A stretch of DNA of 64,000 nt from an uncultured Solirubrobacterales bacterium (GCA_963739855.1 CAVUBT010000002.1:124613-188612); one strand, 5' to 3'; counted from the stretch's first letter, positions 48,079 to 56,987 are shown. A program made the numbers and translations. Notes: generated from the letters alone by a model not told the origin.

Positions 48079-49491
48079 GTGGCCGGCAACGATGACATCG
48101 CGTTCGCGGGGGCGGCGCGGCAGGCGGAGATGGTGCGCGAGGGCGAGGTCTCGCCGACCGAGCTGGTCGGTCTCCACCTGGAGCGGATCGAGCGCCTCGA
48201 CCCACAGCTGAACTCCTTCCGGGTCGTCCTCGCCGAGCGGGCGATGCTGGAAGCCGAGCAGGCCGAGGCGCGGCTCAAGGGCGGCGACGAACGACCGCTG
48301 CTGGGCGTCCCGATCGCCCTCAAGGACGAAGTCGACCTCGCCGGCGAGACGACGACGCGCGGCACCGACGCCTTCCCCGACCCGGCCAGTGCCGACTCGG
48401 AGATGGTGCGGCGGCTGCGCGAGGCCGGCGCGATCGTGGTCGGCAAGACGCTGCTGCCGGAGCTGGCGATCTGCGGCTTCACCGAGTCCGCCACCTGGGG
48501 GGTCAGCCGCAACCCCTGGGATCCCCAGCGCACGCCGGGCGGCTCCAGCGGTGGCAGCGCCGCGGCGGTTGCCGCCGGGCTGGTCCCGATCGCGTCCGCC
48601 TCAGACGGCGCCGGCTCGATCCGGATCCCGGCCGCCTGCTGCGGCCTCTTCGGACTCAAGCCCCAGCGTGGGCGGATCTCGATGGCGCCCCACCTCGAAC
48701 ACTGGAACGGGCTCTCGGCCAATGGCTGCCTCAGCCGCAGCGTGATCGACACGGCGCTCTGGCTCGACGTGGTCAGCGGCGGCTCCGAGGAGCCCGGCGC
48801 GCCAGCTCCGCCCGAGCGGCCTTTCGTCGAGGCGGCGCAGGCGCCGCCCGGCCGGCTGCGAGTCGCCTACTCCACCGCGGTGCCACGGGCGCTGGCGCCG
48901 CCGACGGTCTTCGACGAGGCCAAGGCCCCGGTGGCCGATATGGCGAAGACGCTGCGCTCGCTCGGGCACGAGATCGTCGCCCAGGATCCCGACTGGGGCT
49001 CGATCGGCAACAACTCCGTTCCCCGCTACCTGAGGGGGATCGCCGAAGACGTCGCCAGGGTGCCGCTGCCGGAGCGGCTCGAACGCAGGACCCGCGGCAT
49101 GGGCAGGCTCGGCGGGCTGATCCCCGACCGCGTCTTCGAGCAGGCGCGCCGCGCCGCCCAGACGGACGCCGCCCGGGTCAACGCGATCTTCGACTCCTGC
49201 GACGTGCTGATGACCCCGGTGATGGGCGGCACGGCGCTGCCGGTGCGCCGCTGGGAGGGTCGCGGCGGGCTCTGGACGCTGCTGGGGATGAGTCGCTTCT
49301 ATCCGTACTGCATCCCCTGGAACCACCTCGGCAACCCCTCGATGGCGGTGCCGGCCGGGTTCGCTGCCGACGGCATGCCGCTATCGGTGCAGATCGTTGG
49401 CCGCCCGGGCGACGAGGCGACCCTGCTCTCCCTCGCCGCCCAGCTCGAGGCCGAGCGACCCTGGGCGGACAGGCGCCCGCCGATTTCTTGA
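48079..49491 (+). CDS. amidase (amidase-signature family)
   Basis: ...GVPIALKDEVDLAGETTTRG... and the signature GGSSGGSAAAVAAGLVPIASASDGAGSIRIPAACCGLFGLKP. GTG start. Confidence 0.88.
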   Translation: MAGNDDIAFAGAARQAEMVREGEVSPTELVGLHLERIERLDPQLNSFRVVLAERAMLEAEQAEARLKGGDERPLLGVPIALKDEVDLAGETTTRGTDAFPDPASADSEMVRRLREAGAIVVGKTLLPELAICGFTESATWGVSRNPWDPQRTPGGSSGGSAAAVAAGLVPIASASDGAGSIRIPAACCGLFGLKPQRGRISMAPHLEHWNGLSANGCLSRSVIDTALWLDVVSGGSEEPGAPAPPERPFVEAAQAPPGRLRVAYSTAVPRALAPPTVFDEAKAPVADMAKTLRSLGHEIVAQDPDWGSIGNNSVPRYLRGIAEDVARVPLPERLERRTRGMGRLGGLIPDRVFEQARRAAQTDAARVNAIFDSCDVLMTPVMGGTALPVRRWEGRGGLWTLLGMSRFYPYCIPWNHLGNPSMAVPAGFAADGMPLSVQIVGRPGDEATLLSLAAQLEAERPWADRRPPIS

Positions 49492-50593
49492 CACGCGGCC
49501 GAGGAATGCGTCCACCCTCCGTTCGTAGAGGGCGGGGTCGACGTTCCACTCCTCGGTGTGACCCGCCGCGGGCACGCGGAAGTAGGTCACCCAGCGAGGC
49601 AGCAGAGCGGCGAACTCGTCGCTGCTCGAGATCGGCACGACCTCGTCCTCGGTGCCGTGGAAAAGCAGGATCGGCAGCTGGAAGTCAGCGGGGTGCCCGC
49701 GGGGCGTCGAGGCTGTCCCAGTCGGCGTCGATGCGGGCGCCGATCGCCCACTCGACGGGGAGGGCGGCAAACGAGGGAAAGCCCATCTGCGTCGCGTTGA
49801 AGGAGAGGATCGCCTTCCAGTCGAGGGCCGGGGCGTCGAGCACGAGGCCGGCCACGCGCGCCGCCAGGGACGAGCGCTCCATGAACTGGCTGACGATCGC
49901 GCCGCCCATCGAGTAGCCGACCAAGACCAGGCGGCGGGCGCCGTGCGCGAGTGCGTAGCGGGCGGCGGCGCCGAGGTCGCGCCACTCGGTCAGGCCCATG
50001 TGGTGAAAGCCGTCCGGGCTCGGCGGGGCGCCGAGATCCTCGCGGTAGGTGATCAGAAGGCTGGGCAGGCCGGCGCGATGGAGGGCGGGCACCACTCGCA
50101 GGCCCGTCTGCGGGGTGCTGTTGATGCCATGGACGACGATCGCCCAGGTGTGGCTGCGGCCGGGAACCAGCCAGGCCGGCATCGGCCCGAGCTCGCCAGG
50201 GATCGGGACCGTGGAGGACGGCAGGCCCAGGGCCGCGGTGGGGTCACCGGCGTAGACGTTCGGGTCGACGGCGACCTCCATCCCCGGCGCCAGGTAGCCG
50301 TCGACGGCGCGCAGCCGTCGCGTCACCGTGTCCCCGTCTTCGCTCAGAACCGCGCCGGCGATCGCCCGCCCGCCCGGCCACTCGAGCCCGTAGACCCCTG
50401 GGCGCCGGGTGTCGTCGGAGCGCTCAAGGACGACGCGGCCGGGAGGGAGCGCCTCGACGGTCCTCTCGGCGGGCCAGGCGGAATGGTCCGGCACCAGCAC
50501 GGCCGAGGAGAAGTGCCAGGCGGCAGCCGTCCCCGCAGCAACGAGAACGACAAGCACGAGCGCGGCGAGGGCCGCCCACCGCCGGCGCGACAT
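49381..50593 (-). pseudogene. membrane-anchored alpha/beta hydrolase interrupted by a 1-nt frameshift
   Basis: The frame from 50593 (signal/TM, nucleophile elbow GYSMGG) stops at 49685. The family-typical C-terminus ...ADFQLPILLFHGTEDEVVP...AAGHTEEW... continues in another frame (listed ORF 49381..49770). The junction is near 49690-49715. Confidence 0.6.
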
Positions 50594-50602
50594 CGGCTGC
50601 GC

Positions 50603-51892
50603 CTAGCTGGGGAAGACCTTGCGCATCCGCGCCAGCTCACGCAGGCTGCCGCGCGGGCGGATGCGTCGCTGCAGGACCATCTTCAGCTGGTTGGCGTCCG
50701 GTTTGCCGGAGGCGACCCAGTCGGCCCAGCTGGACTCGATCACCAGGTTGGGGCTGGTCGCCTCGCCCGGCTCGGCCCGGGTGGAGCCGTTGTCGATCGT
50801 CAAGTGCCAGGGGTCGGCGTCGCTGAAGCGCCACTGGTAGACCAGCGGCGAGCCGTTGGCGGCCTGCGGGTTGGCGACGCGGCTGATCACGTCGAAGTAG
50901 AGGCGCTGAACCTCCGGTGAGGCGTCCGGGTTGGGCCCGTCGGGGGCGCCGAGGACGCCGGCCAGCATCAGCTTGACCTGGTTCTCGGCAATCTCGCGCT
51001 CGGAGGCATCGGGGTCGAAGGGGAAGACGCCGGGCGGCATCTCCTCGGTCGGGTAGCCGATCGTGCGCCAGCGCTGGCGGATCAGTTTGAGGCCGAAGGC
51101 GTAGATGTCCTCGAGGCTGAAGCCGTAGCACTCGGTGTACTCGCGGTCCATGTTCGGTGGCTGGAATACCGCCGGGCCGTAGGGCAGGACCTCGCGCAGC
51201 AGCTCGACCACGGCGGCCCGGTTCTCCGCCGAGCCGGGCGCATCCTCGGCCAGCAGCTCGGAGAGGACCTTGACGCCGAAGCCGATGTGGCGCTGCTCGT
51301 CGCGGGAGACGTTGACCATCCCCGAGCTGAACCCGGGCATCGACTCCTCGCTGGCGAAGAAGTCCTCGATGAAGTGCTGGCCGGGCTGGGCCAGGCTGCC
51401 CTCGACGATCAGGTGGTAGAGCGTGATCGCCTGCGCGTACTTGGGCAGCGAGCGGTCTTTGCGCAGTTCCTCGGCCATCACATCGAGGCGGTCGAAGATG
51501 CCGCGGTAACCCCAGTTGAGCTGGGGCAGAGTTGAGGCGAGAGTCGACTGGATCGAGTCGCCGCCGACCCCGATCACCTCCTTGAAGAAGCGATGGAAGA
51601 AGATCGAGTGGCGGACCTCGTCGACCTGCTGGGTGGCGAGGAAGTAGGACTGCTCCTCGGTCGGGGCGGCGGTGATGTAGGGGGCGAGGGTGTCGGCGAC
51701 GCGGTCCTCGCCGTAGAAGAACATCGAGTAGATCCACATCGCCGAGCGCCGCTGCATGTCGTTGAGGGCCTCCCAGCCCTTGCGGTCGGCGGAGAAATCG
51801 ATGTCATAAGCGCTCCAGTTGCCCCCCTCCCAGCGCTGGTAGAGATCCTGGTAGGTGATGTTGTCCATCAAGCTCTGGGAAGCGACGCTCAT
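50603..51892 (-). CDS. R2-like (ribonucleotide reductase small-subunit-like) di-metal oxidase fused to an SCP2-like C-terminal domain
   Basis: Ferritin-like ligand pattern: ...FFYGEDRVAD, QQVDEVRHS (ExxH), LIVEGSLAQ, SRDEQRHIGFG (ExxH). The C-terminal ~110 aa (...LVYQWRFSD.DPWHLTIDNG...SWADWVASGKPDANQLKMVLQRRIRPRGSLRELARMRKVF) is SCP2-like. Confidence 0.7.
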   Translation of the reverse strand: MSVASQSLMDNITYQDLYQRWEGGNWSAYDIDFSADRKGWEALNDMQRRSAMWIYSMFFYGEDRVADTLAPYITAAPTEEQSYFLATQQVDEVRHSIFFHRFFKEVIGVGGDSIQSTLASTLPQLNWGYRGIFDRLDVMAEELRKDRSLPKYAQAITLYHLIVEGSLAQPGQHFIEDFFASEESMPGFSSGMVNVSRDEQRHIGFGVKVLSELLAEDAPGSAENRAAVVELLREVLPYGPAVFQPPNMDREYTECYGFSLEDIYAFGLKLIRQRWRTIGYPTEEMPPGVFPFDPDASEREIAENQVKLMLAGVLGAPDGPNPDASPEVQRLYFDVISRVANPQAANGSPLVYQWRFSDADPWHLTIDNGSTRAEPGEATSPNLVIESSWADWVASGKPDANQLKMVLQRRIRPRGSLRELARMRKVFPS

Positions 51893-51979
51893 CTCTGCTC
51901 CTTTTGGTGTTGCATGCCCCGGTCGTCGGAGCCTAGCGCGATTCCTGGCTGGCTGGCCAATCGCGGCGCGTGACCTTCG

Positions 51980-53479
51980 TCACGCCGGTGCCGGTGGCTC
52001 GATCTCTCGCTTGAGGATCTTGCCGGTTGGCCCTTTGGGCAGCTCGACGACGAACCAGACGAGGCGCGGGTACTTGTAGGCGGCGATGCGCTCCTTGACG
52101 TAGGCGCTGACCTCCTCGGGATCCAGCTGCTCGCCCTCGTGGAGCACCACCGCGGCGCCGATCTCCTCGCCCCACTGGTCGTGGGGGACGCCGACGACTG
52201 CCGCTTCGCGGATCTTCGGGTGCTCGTAGAGCACCTCCTCGACCTCGCGCGGGTAGACGTTGTAGCCGCCGCGGATGATCAGGTCCTTCTTACGATCGAC
52301 GATGTAGAAGTAGCCCTCCTCGTCGATCCGGGCCATGTCACCGGAGTGGAACCAGCCGCCGCGCATCGCCTCCTCGGTGGCCTCGGGGCGTTGCCAGTAG
52401 CCCTTCATGATGTTGTGGCCGCGGATCACGATCTCGCCGACCTCGCCCTGGGCGACCTCGTTGTCGTCCTCGTCGACGACCTTCATCTCCACGCCTTCGA
52501 GCGGGGTGCCGATCGAGCCCGGCTTGCGCTCGCGGTCGGGGTGATTGGAGCTGGAGACAGGTGAGGTCTCCGAGAGCCCGTAGCCCTCGAGCACGATCGC
52601 CCCGAAGGCTTGCTCGAAGCCGCGCAGGACCTCGACCGGCATCGAGGCGCCGCCGGTGATGCAGGTGCGCAGCGTCGAGGTGTCGTAGCTCTCGCGCCCG
52701 GGGTGGTGGAGCAGCGCCCCGTACATCGTCGGCACGCCGTAGAAGTGGGTGACGCCGTCGCGCTGCATCGTCTCCAGCGCCTCGGCCGGATCGAATTTGG
52801 GGACCAGGGTGAGGCAGGCGCCGACCATCAGCGAGGCGTTCATGCTGACCGTCTGGCCGAAGGAGTGGAACAGCGGCAGGCCGCCGAAGACGACGTCGCC
52901 GGCGGCGATTTCCGAGGTGGTGCGGGAGGAGACGTCGGCGTTGCGGAAGAGGTTGGCATGGGTCAGCTCGGCGCCCTTCGGCTTGCCGGTCGTCCCCGAG
53001 GTGTAGAGGATCACCGCGGTGTCGTCCTCGGCGGTATCGGCCAGGCCGGGAGTGGGCTCGTGCTCGGCCAGCATCGTCGCCAAGCTCTGCGGCTCGACCT
53101 CGATCGTCTCGACGCCGGCGTCGGCGGCGCCGTCGCGGGCCTCGGCGGCGAAACCGTGCCAGGCCAGCAGCAGCTTGGATCCGGAGTCCTCGAGGTAGAA
53201 GGCGATCTCGCGCCGCTTCAGCAGCACGTTCATCGGCACCACCACGCAGCCCGCCCGCAGCACCCCGTAGTAGGAGATCGGGAACTCGAGCACGTTGGGG
53301 AGCATCACCCCGACCCGGTCGCCCGGCTGCAGCCCCTTCTCCCGCAGCAGCGTCGCCAGACGGGCGCTGCGGTCGTCGAGGTCGGCGTAGCTCAGCTCCT
53401 CGTCGCCAAGGCGGACTGCGGGGTTGTCCGGCACCCGCGCGGCGCTCTCGGTGACGATCGCTGCGAGGTTCAGTCCCAT
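51980..53479 (-). CDS. fadD: long-chain fatty acid-CoA ligase (AMP-dependent synthetase)
   Basis: AMP-binding motif ILYTSGTTGKPKGAELTH, ...GYGLSETSP..., ...WFHSGDMARIDEEGYFYIVDRKKDLIIRGGYNVYPREVE... Confidence 0.9.
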   Translation of the reverse strand: MGLNLAAIVTESAARVPDNPAVRLGDEELSYADLDDRSARLATLLREKGLQPGDRVGVMLPNVLEFPISYYGVLRAGCVVVPMNVLLKRREIAFYLEDSGSKLLLAWHGFAAEARDGAADAGVETIEVEPQSLATMLAEHEPTPGLADTAEDDTAVILYTSGTTGKPKGAELTHANLFRNADVSSRTTSEIAAGDVVFGGLPLFHSFGQTVSMNASLMVGACLTLVPKFDPAEALETMQRDGVTHFYGVPTMYGALLHHPGRESYDTSTLRTCITGGASMPVEVLRGFEQAFGAIVLEGYGLSETSPVSSSNHPDRERKPGSIGTPLEGVEMKVVDEDDNEVAQGEVGEIVIRGHNIMKGYWQRPEATEEAMRGGWFHSGDMARIDEEGYFYIVDRKKDLIIRGGYNVYPREVEEVLYEHPKIREAAVVGVPHDQWGEEIGAAVVLHEGEQLDPEEVSAYVKERIAAYKYPRLVWFVVELPKGPTGKILKREIEPPAPA

Positions 53480-53524
53480 TCCATCCTCCCCAGTAGTCCC
53501 AATCCCGACTTTCCGCGCAGCAGT

Positions 53525-54367
53525 CTAAGCCTCCGCCGGCTCTGGTCGGGAAACTTCGTCCGCACCCGCGTTGCGGCGGCTCATCGCCCAGGCGAAGGCG
53601 CCGCCGGTGAAGAGCATGAAGGAGCTGTAGACGGCGGCCGGGATCGTCACCTCGGCGGATAGCGAGGCGCCGACCGCGATCGCCAGCGCCGAGTTGTGGA
53701 TGCCGAGCTCGAGCCCGATCGCGGTTGACTGGCGATCGTCGAGCCGGGCGAACTTGGCGATCGCGAAGCTGAGCGTCATCGCCGCGACGTTGAGGGCGAA
53801 GGCGGCGCCGGCGACGTCGGCGATGTTCTCGGCGACCGTGTCGTACTCGCTGGCGATCGCCCCGAGGACGACGACGGCAAACAGGCCCAGTGAGATGCGC
53901 CGCACCCGCGGGTAGGCGACCTCGACCCGCTGCGGCCAGCGCCGCCGCAGCTCCATCCCGATCGCGACCGGGACGATCGTGATCGCGAAGACCCGCACCA
54001 CCACGCCGAGCATGCTGACGTCGCCGATGCCGGTGGCGCCGAAATGGTCGGTTGAGAGCCCGAGGAAGATCGGCACCGTGACCGCCGCGCAGACGCTGCT
54101 GATCGCCGTCATCGTCACCGACAGCGCCGTGTCGCCACGCGACAGGTGCGTCAGCATGTTGGCCATCATCCCGCCGGGAGAGGCGCCGAGCAGGACCAGT
54201 CCGACCGCCAGCTCCGGCGCCAGCCCGAACAGTTCGGCCATCGCGAAGGCCAGCAGCGGCGAGATCAACGCCAGGTTGAGCATCCCGATCGCCACGCCGC
54301 GCGGCGCCACCAGCACGCGCCGGAAGTCGGCCCGGGTCAGGGTCAGCCCGAGGCTGCACATGATCAC
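53525..54367 (-). CDS. bile acid:sodium symporter (BASS) family transporter, N-terminally short
   Basis: ...IMCSLGLTLTRADF....P..VAIGMLNLALISPLLAFA...LLGASPGGMMANMLTHLSRGDTALSVTMTA... GTG 54367 is the first canonical start. An in-frame TAG lies only 20 codons upstream. Confidence 0.7.
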   Translation of the reverse strand: MIMCSLGLTLTRADFRRVLVAPRGVAIGMLNLALISPLLAFAMAELFGLAPELAVGLVLLGASPGGMMANMLTHLSRGDTALSVTMTAISSVCAAVTVPIFLGLSTDHFGATGIGDVSMLGVVVRVFAITIVPVAIGMELRRRWPQRVEVAYPRVRRISLGLFAVVVLGAIASEYDTVAENIADVAGAAFALNVAAMTLSFAIAKFARLDDRQSTAIGLELGIHNSALAIAVGASLSAEVTIPAAVYSSFMLFTGGAFAWAMSRRNAGADEVSRPEPAEA

Positions 54368-54494
54368 CGCGATCGCGGCGGGCAGCAGCGCCGAGGTGAG
54401 GATCGAGTTATCGATTCGGTGACCCTAATCGCCGCCCGGACGTTTGACCTTGGCGGGAGGCCCGATTGCGCCCGCCGGCCGGTAGGCTCGCTGG

Positions 54495-54860
54495 ATGGAG
54501 GATCTGGGAAAGCCGAGCTCTTATCTCACCGTCGACAAGGGCGTGCCGGTGTACTCGAGCGACGGCGAGAAGCTCGGTCGCGTCGTCCGGGTTCTCTCGG
54601 CGCCCAATATCGACATGTTCGACGGAATCGTCTTCGACACCACGGCGGGGCCGGGCGGGCACCGCTTCGTCGATGCACCGGAGGTGGCGGAGATCTTCGA
54701 GGGTGGGGTGGTCCTGAGGATCGACGCCGCCGCCGCCGCGAGTCTGCCGGCACCGGGCGCCAATCCCGGCACCCTCTCGGTCAATCCGGCCGACCTCGCC
54801 GGCGGTCGCGGTCGCGGCGCCCTCGGTCGTGCCTGGGACCGGCTTTCCGGCAAGGGCTGA
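54495..54860 (+). CDS. PRC-barrel-like domain protein
   Basis: ...VPVYSSDGEKLGRVVRVLSAPNIDMFDGIVFDT... resembles PRC-barrel proteins. The assignment is tentative. Confidence 0.6.
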   Translation: MEDLGKPSSYLTVDKGVPVYSSDGEKLGRVVRVLSAPNIDMFDGIVFDTTAGPGGHRFVDAPEVAEIFEGGVVLRIDAAAAASLPAPGANPGTLSVNPADLAGGRGRGALGRAWDRLSGKG

Positions 54861-54893
54861 GCGGTCGAGCGAACTTTTGCACCGACGGGTAGG

Positions 54894-55412
54894 ATGCCCG
54901 CCGTGGGCAGGGGGCCGATACTGATCTTCTCGTTGTGCGCAGCGCTTGCGCTGGCTGTCGCCGGCTGCGGTAGCAGCGACGACTCGTCGTCGAGCGAAGC
55001 GGCCAGCACCGGTAAGTCGGAATCGGCCGCGAACACCAACACCGACACCAAACCCAAGGTCACCGTTCCCAGCGGACCGCCGCCGAAGAAGATGGAAGAG
55101 AAGGAAATCGTCGAAGGCGACGGCGCCGAAGCCAAGAGCGGCGACGAAGTCACGGTCCAGTACGTCGGCGTCGGCTATAAGAGCGGCGAAGAGTTCGACG
55201 CTTCCTGGGACCGCGGCGAACCGTTCAGCTTCACGCTCGGCGCCGGCGAAGTCATCTCCGGTTGGGACCAGGGCGTCGCGGGGATGAAGGTCGGCGGCCG
55301 GCGCGAGCTGATCCTCCCGCCGAACCTCGCTTATGGCCCGGCCGGCGCGCCGCCGGCGATCGGGCCGAACGAAACGCTGATCTTCGTCGTCGATCTGCTC
55401 GAAGTTAAATAG
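54894..55412 (+). CDS. FKBP-type peptidyl-prolyl cis-trans isomerase lipoprotein
   Basis: Lipobox LAVAG/C. ...VTVQYVGVGYKSGEEFDASWDRGEPFSFTLGAGEVISGWDQGVAGMKVGGRRELILPPNLAYG... Confidence 0.9.
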   Translation: MPAVGRGPILIFSLCAALALAVAGCGSSDDSSSSEAASTGKSESAANTNTDTKPKVTVPSGPPPKKMEEKEIVEGDGAEAKSGDEVTVQYVGVGYKSGEEFDASWDRGEPFSFTLGAGEVISGWDQGVAGMKVGGRRELILPPNLAYGPAGAPPAIGPNETLIFVVDLLEVK

Positions 55413-55457
55413 CGACTCGCTTCAGGCTGACGAGCGGCTCGACGATTCTCGCGGCAG

Positions 55458-55610
55458 ATGAATGCCGGGTTCGAGCGTGTCGATCGCGATATTCGTGATT
55501 TGCGGAGTGAGATGCACGCCGGGTTCGCCGGGATGCGCTCGTCGATGTTTCGCGTCGGCGGCGGGGTCGTCGTCAGCGTTATCGCGGCCGCCGTGCCCCA
55601 GGGCATCTGA
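55458..55610 (+). CDS. 50-aa coiled-coil/TM mini-protein, putative paralogue of 27473-27682 (below the ORF-track cutoff)
   Basis: Translated by hand: MNAGFERVDRDIRDLRSEMHAGFAGMRSSMFRVGGGVVVSVIAAAVPQGI*. It has the same layout (RFD/GF-x-x-M heptads then a hydrophobic tail) as the 69-aa protein at 27473. Confidence 0.4.
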   Translation: MNAGFERVDRDIRDLRSEMHAGFAGMRSSMFRVGGGVVVSVIAAAVPQGI

Positions 55611-55642
55611 CTGACGACGGCGGCGACCGCCATCATCGGCCC

Positions 55643-56677
55643 GTGATGCGCGCGCCGATCGCCGAACGACTGACTGCCCAGGCGCTTTCGGGTGTTCCGC
55701 TGAAGCGGCCGGTGGACGTGGCCGGGCGCTTGCTGGCGGTACAGGGGCAGGATCCGCGTGGCGCCCGCCTCGCCGTCCGGGCTCGCACGACCGGGCTCAG
55801 CGCCGCCGACGTCGACCGCGAACTGACGGAGGAGCGCTCGCTGCTGATCACCTGGCTCAACCGCGGCACCCTGCATCTGGTCCGCAGCGAGGACTATCCG
55901 CTGCTGCAGGCGCTGACCACCCCGCCTCTGCTGACCAGCAGCACGCGCCGGCTGCGCCAAGAGGGGGTCTCGGAGAAGACGGCAGAGCGGGCCATCGCGA
56001 CGATCGAGCGCTCGCTCGCCGAGGAGGGGCCGCTGAGCGGCGCACAGCTGAAGGAACGTCTGGAAGCGGCCAAGCTGCGGACCGCGGGCCAGGCATTTAT
56101 CCACCTGATGTTCCTTTCGGCCCTGCGCGGAATCTCCGTGCGCGGCCCGATGGTCGGCAAGCAGCACGCCTACGTCCTCGTCCGCGACTGGCTGGGGCCG
56201 CAGAAGCCGCTGCCGGATCGAGGCATCGCCCTCGCCGAGCTGGCCCGCCGCTACCTCGTCGGCCACGGCCCCGCCGACGACCGCGACCTCGCGCGTTGGG
56301 CCGGCCTGCCCTTGCGCGATGCCCGCGCCGGGCTCGGCGCGATCGCCTCCGAGCTGGTCGAGCGTGGGGACGGCCTCGTCGATCTCGCCAAGCGCCCGGC
56401 CCCCGAGCCCCATCCGGCCCCGCGCCTGCTTGGCGCCTTCGACCCGCTTCTGCTCGGCTGGACTTCGCGCGAGGAAGTTGTCGGTCCGCACAAGCTGCTG
56501 GTGACGATCAACGGCATCTTCCGCCCCTTCGCCCTGGTCGACGGTCGCGCCATCGCCACCTGGGGGTACGCCAACGGCAGGGTTACGATCGAGCCTCTCG
56601 GCAAGGTCACCAAGAGGGCGGCCGCGGCGCTGGAGGCGGATGCCACCGAGGTCGCCAAGTTCTTAACCCAGCGATGA
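55643..56677 (+). CDS. winged-helix DNA-binding domain protein (YcaQ/DUF1006-like, possible DNA glycosylase)
   Basis: ...RLLAVQGQDPRGARLAVRARTTGLSAADVDRELTEERSLLITWLNRGTLHLVRSEDYPLL... matches the pattern I recall for this family. Confidence 0.7.
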   Translation: MMRAPIAERLTAQALSGVPLKRPVDVAGRLLAVQGQDPRGARLAVRARTTGLSAADVDRELTEERSLLITWLNRGTLHLVRSEDYPLLQALTTPPLLTSSTRRLRQEGVSEKTAERAIATIERSLAEEGPLSGAQLKERLEAAKLRTAGQAFIHLMFLSALRGISVRGPMVGKQHAYVLVRDWLGPQKPLPDRGIALAELARRYLVGHGPADDRDLARWAGLPLRDARAGLGAIASELVERGDGLVDLAKRPAPEPHPAPRLLGAFDPLLLGWTSREEVVGPHKLLVTINGIFRPFALVDGRAIATWGYANGRVTIEPLGKVTKRAAAALEADATEVAKFLTQR

Positions 56678-56937
56678 GTTGTCGCATCGAGGATGGTCAC
56701 TGAGCTACTACGCCGAGATGTTCGACTGGAAGATCAACGACGACAATCCGATGAAGCTACGAGGGCCACATCACCTTCTACGTCGAGGTTCCCGACGTTG
56801 AGGCTGCGCTGGCCAAGGCCGAGAGCCTCGGTGGCACCCGGGTGATGGGCCCGGAGACGATCATGGAGAACATCACCCTGGGTCAGTTCCTCGACCCCGA
56901 AGGCAACGTGGTCGGTCTCACCCAGGCCGCCTCCTAG
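56674..56937 (+). pseudogene. decayed VOC/glyoxalase-family gene (frameshifts and an internal deletion)
   Basis: The ATG overlaps the ycaQ-like stop (ATGA) but stops after 9 codons. A second frame reads SYYAEMFDWKINDDNPMK. A third reads GHITFYVEVPDVEAALAKAESLGGTRVMGPETIMENITLGQFLDPEGNVVGLTQAAS* (stop 56935-56937). Confidence 0.55.
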
Positions 56938-56987
56938 AGGCAAGTTTGCGGATCCCGGGTGCGCCGCCGGCGCACCCGGGGGAGCAA

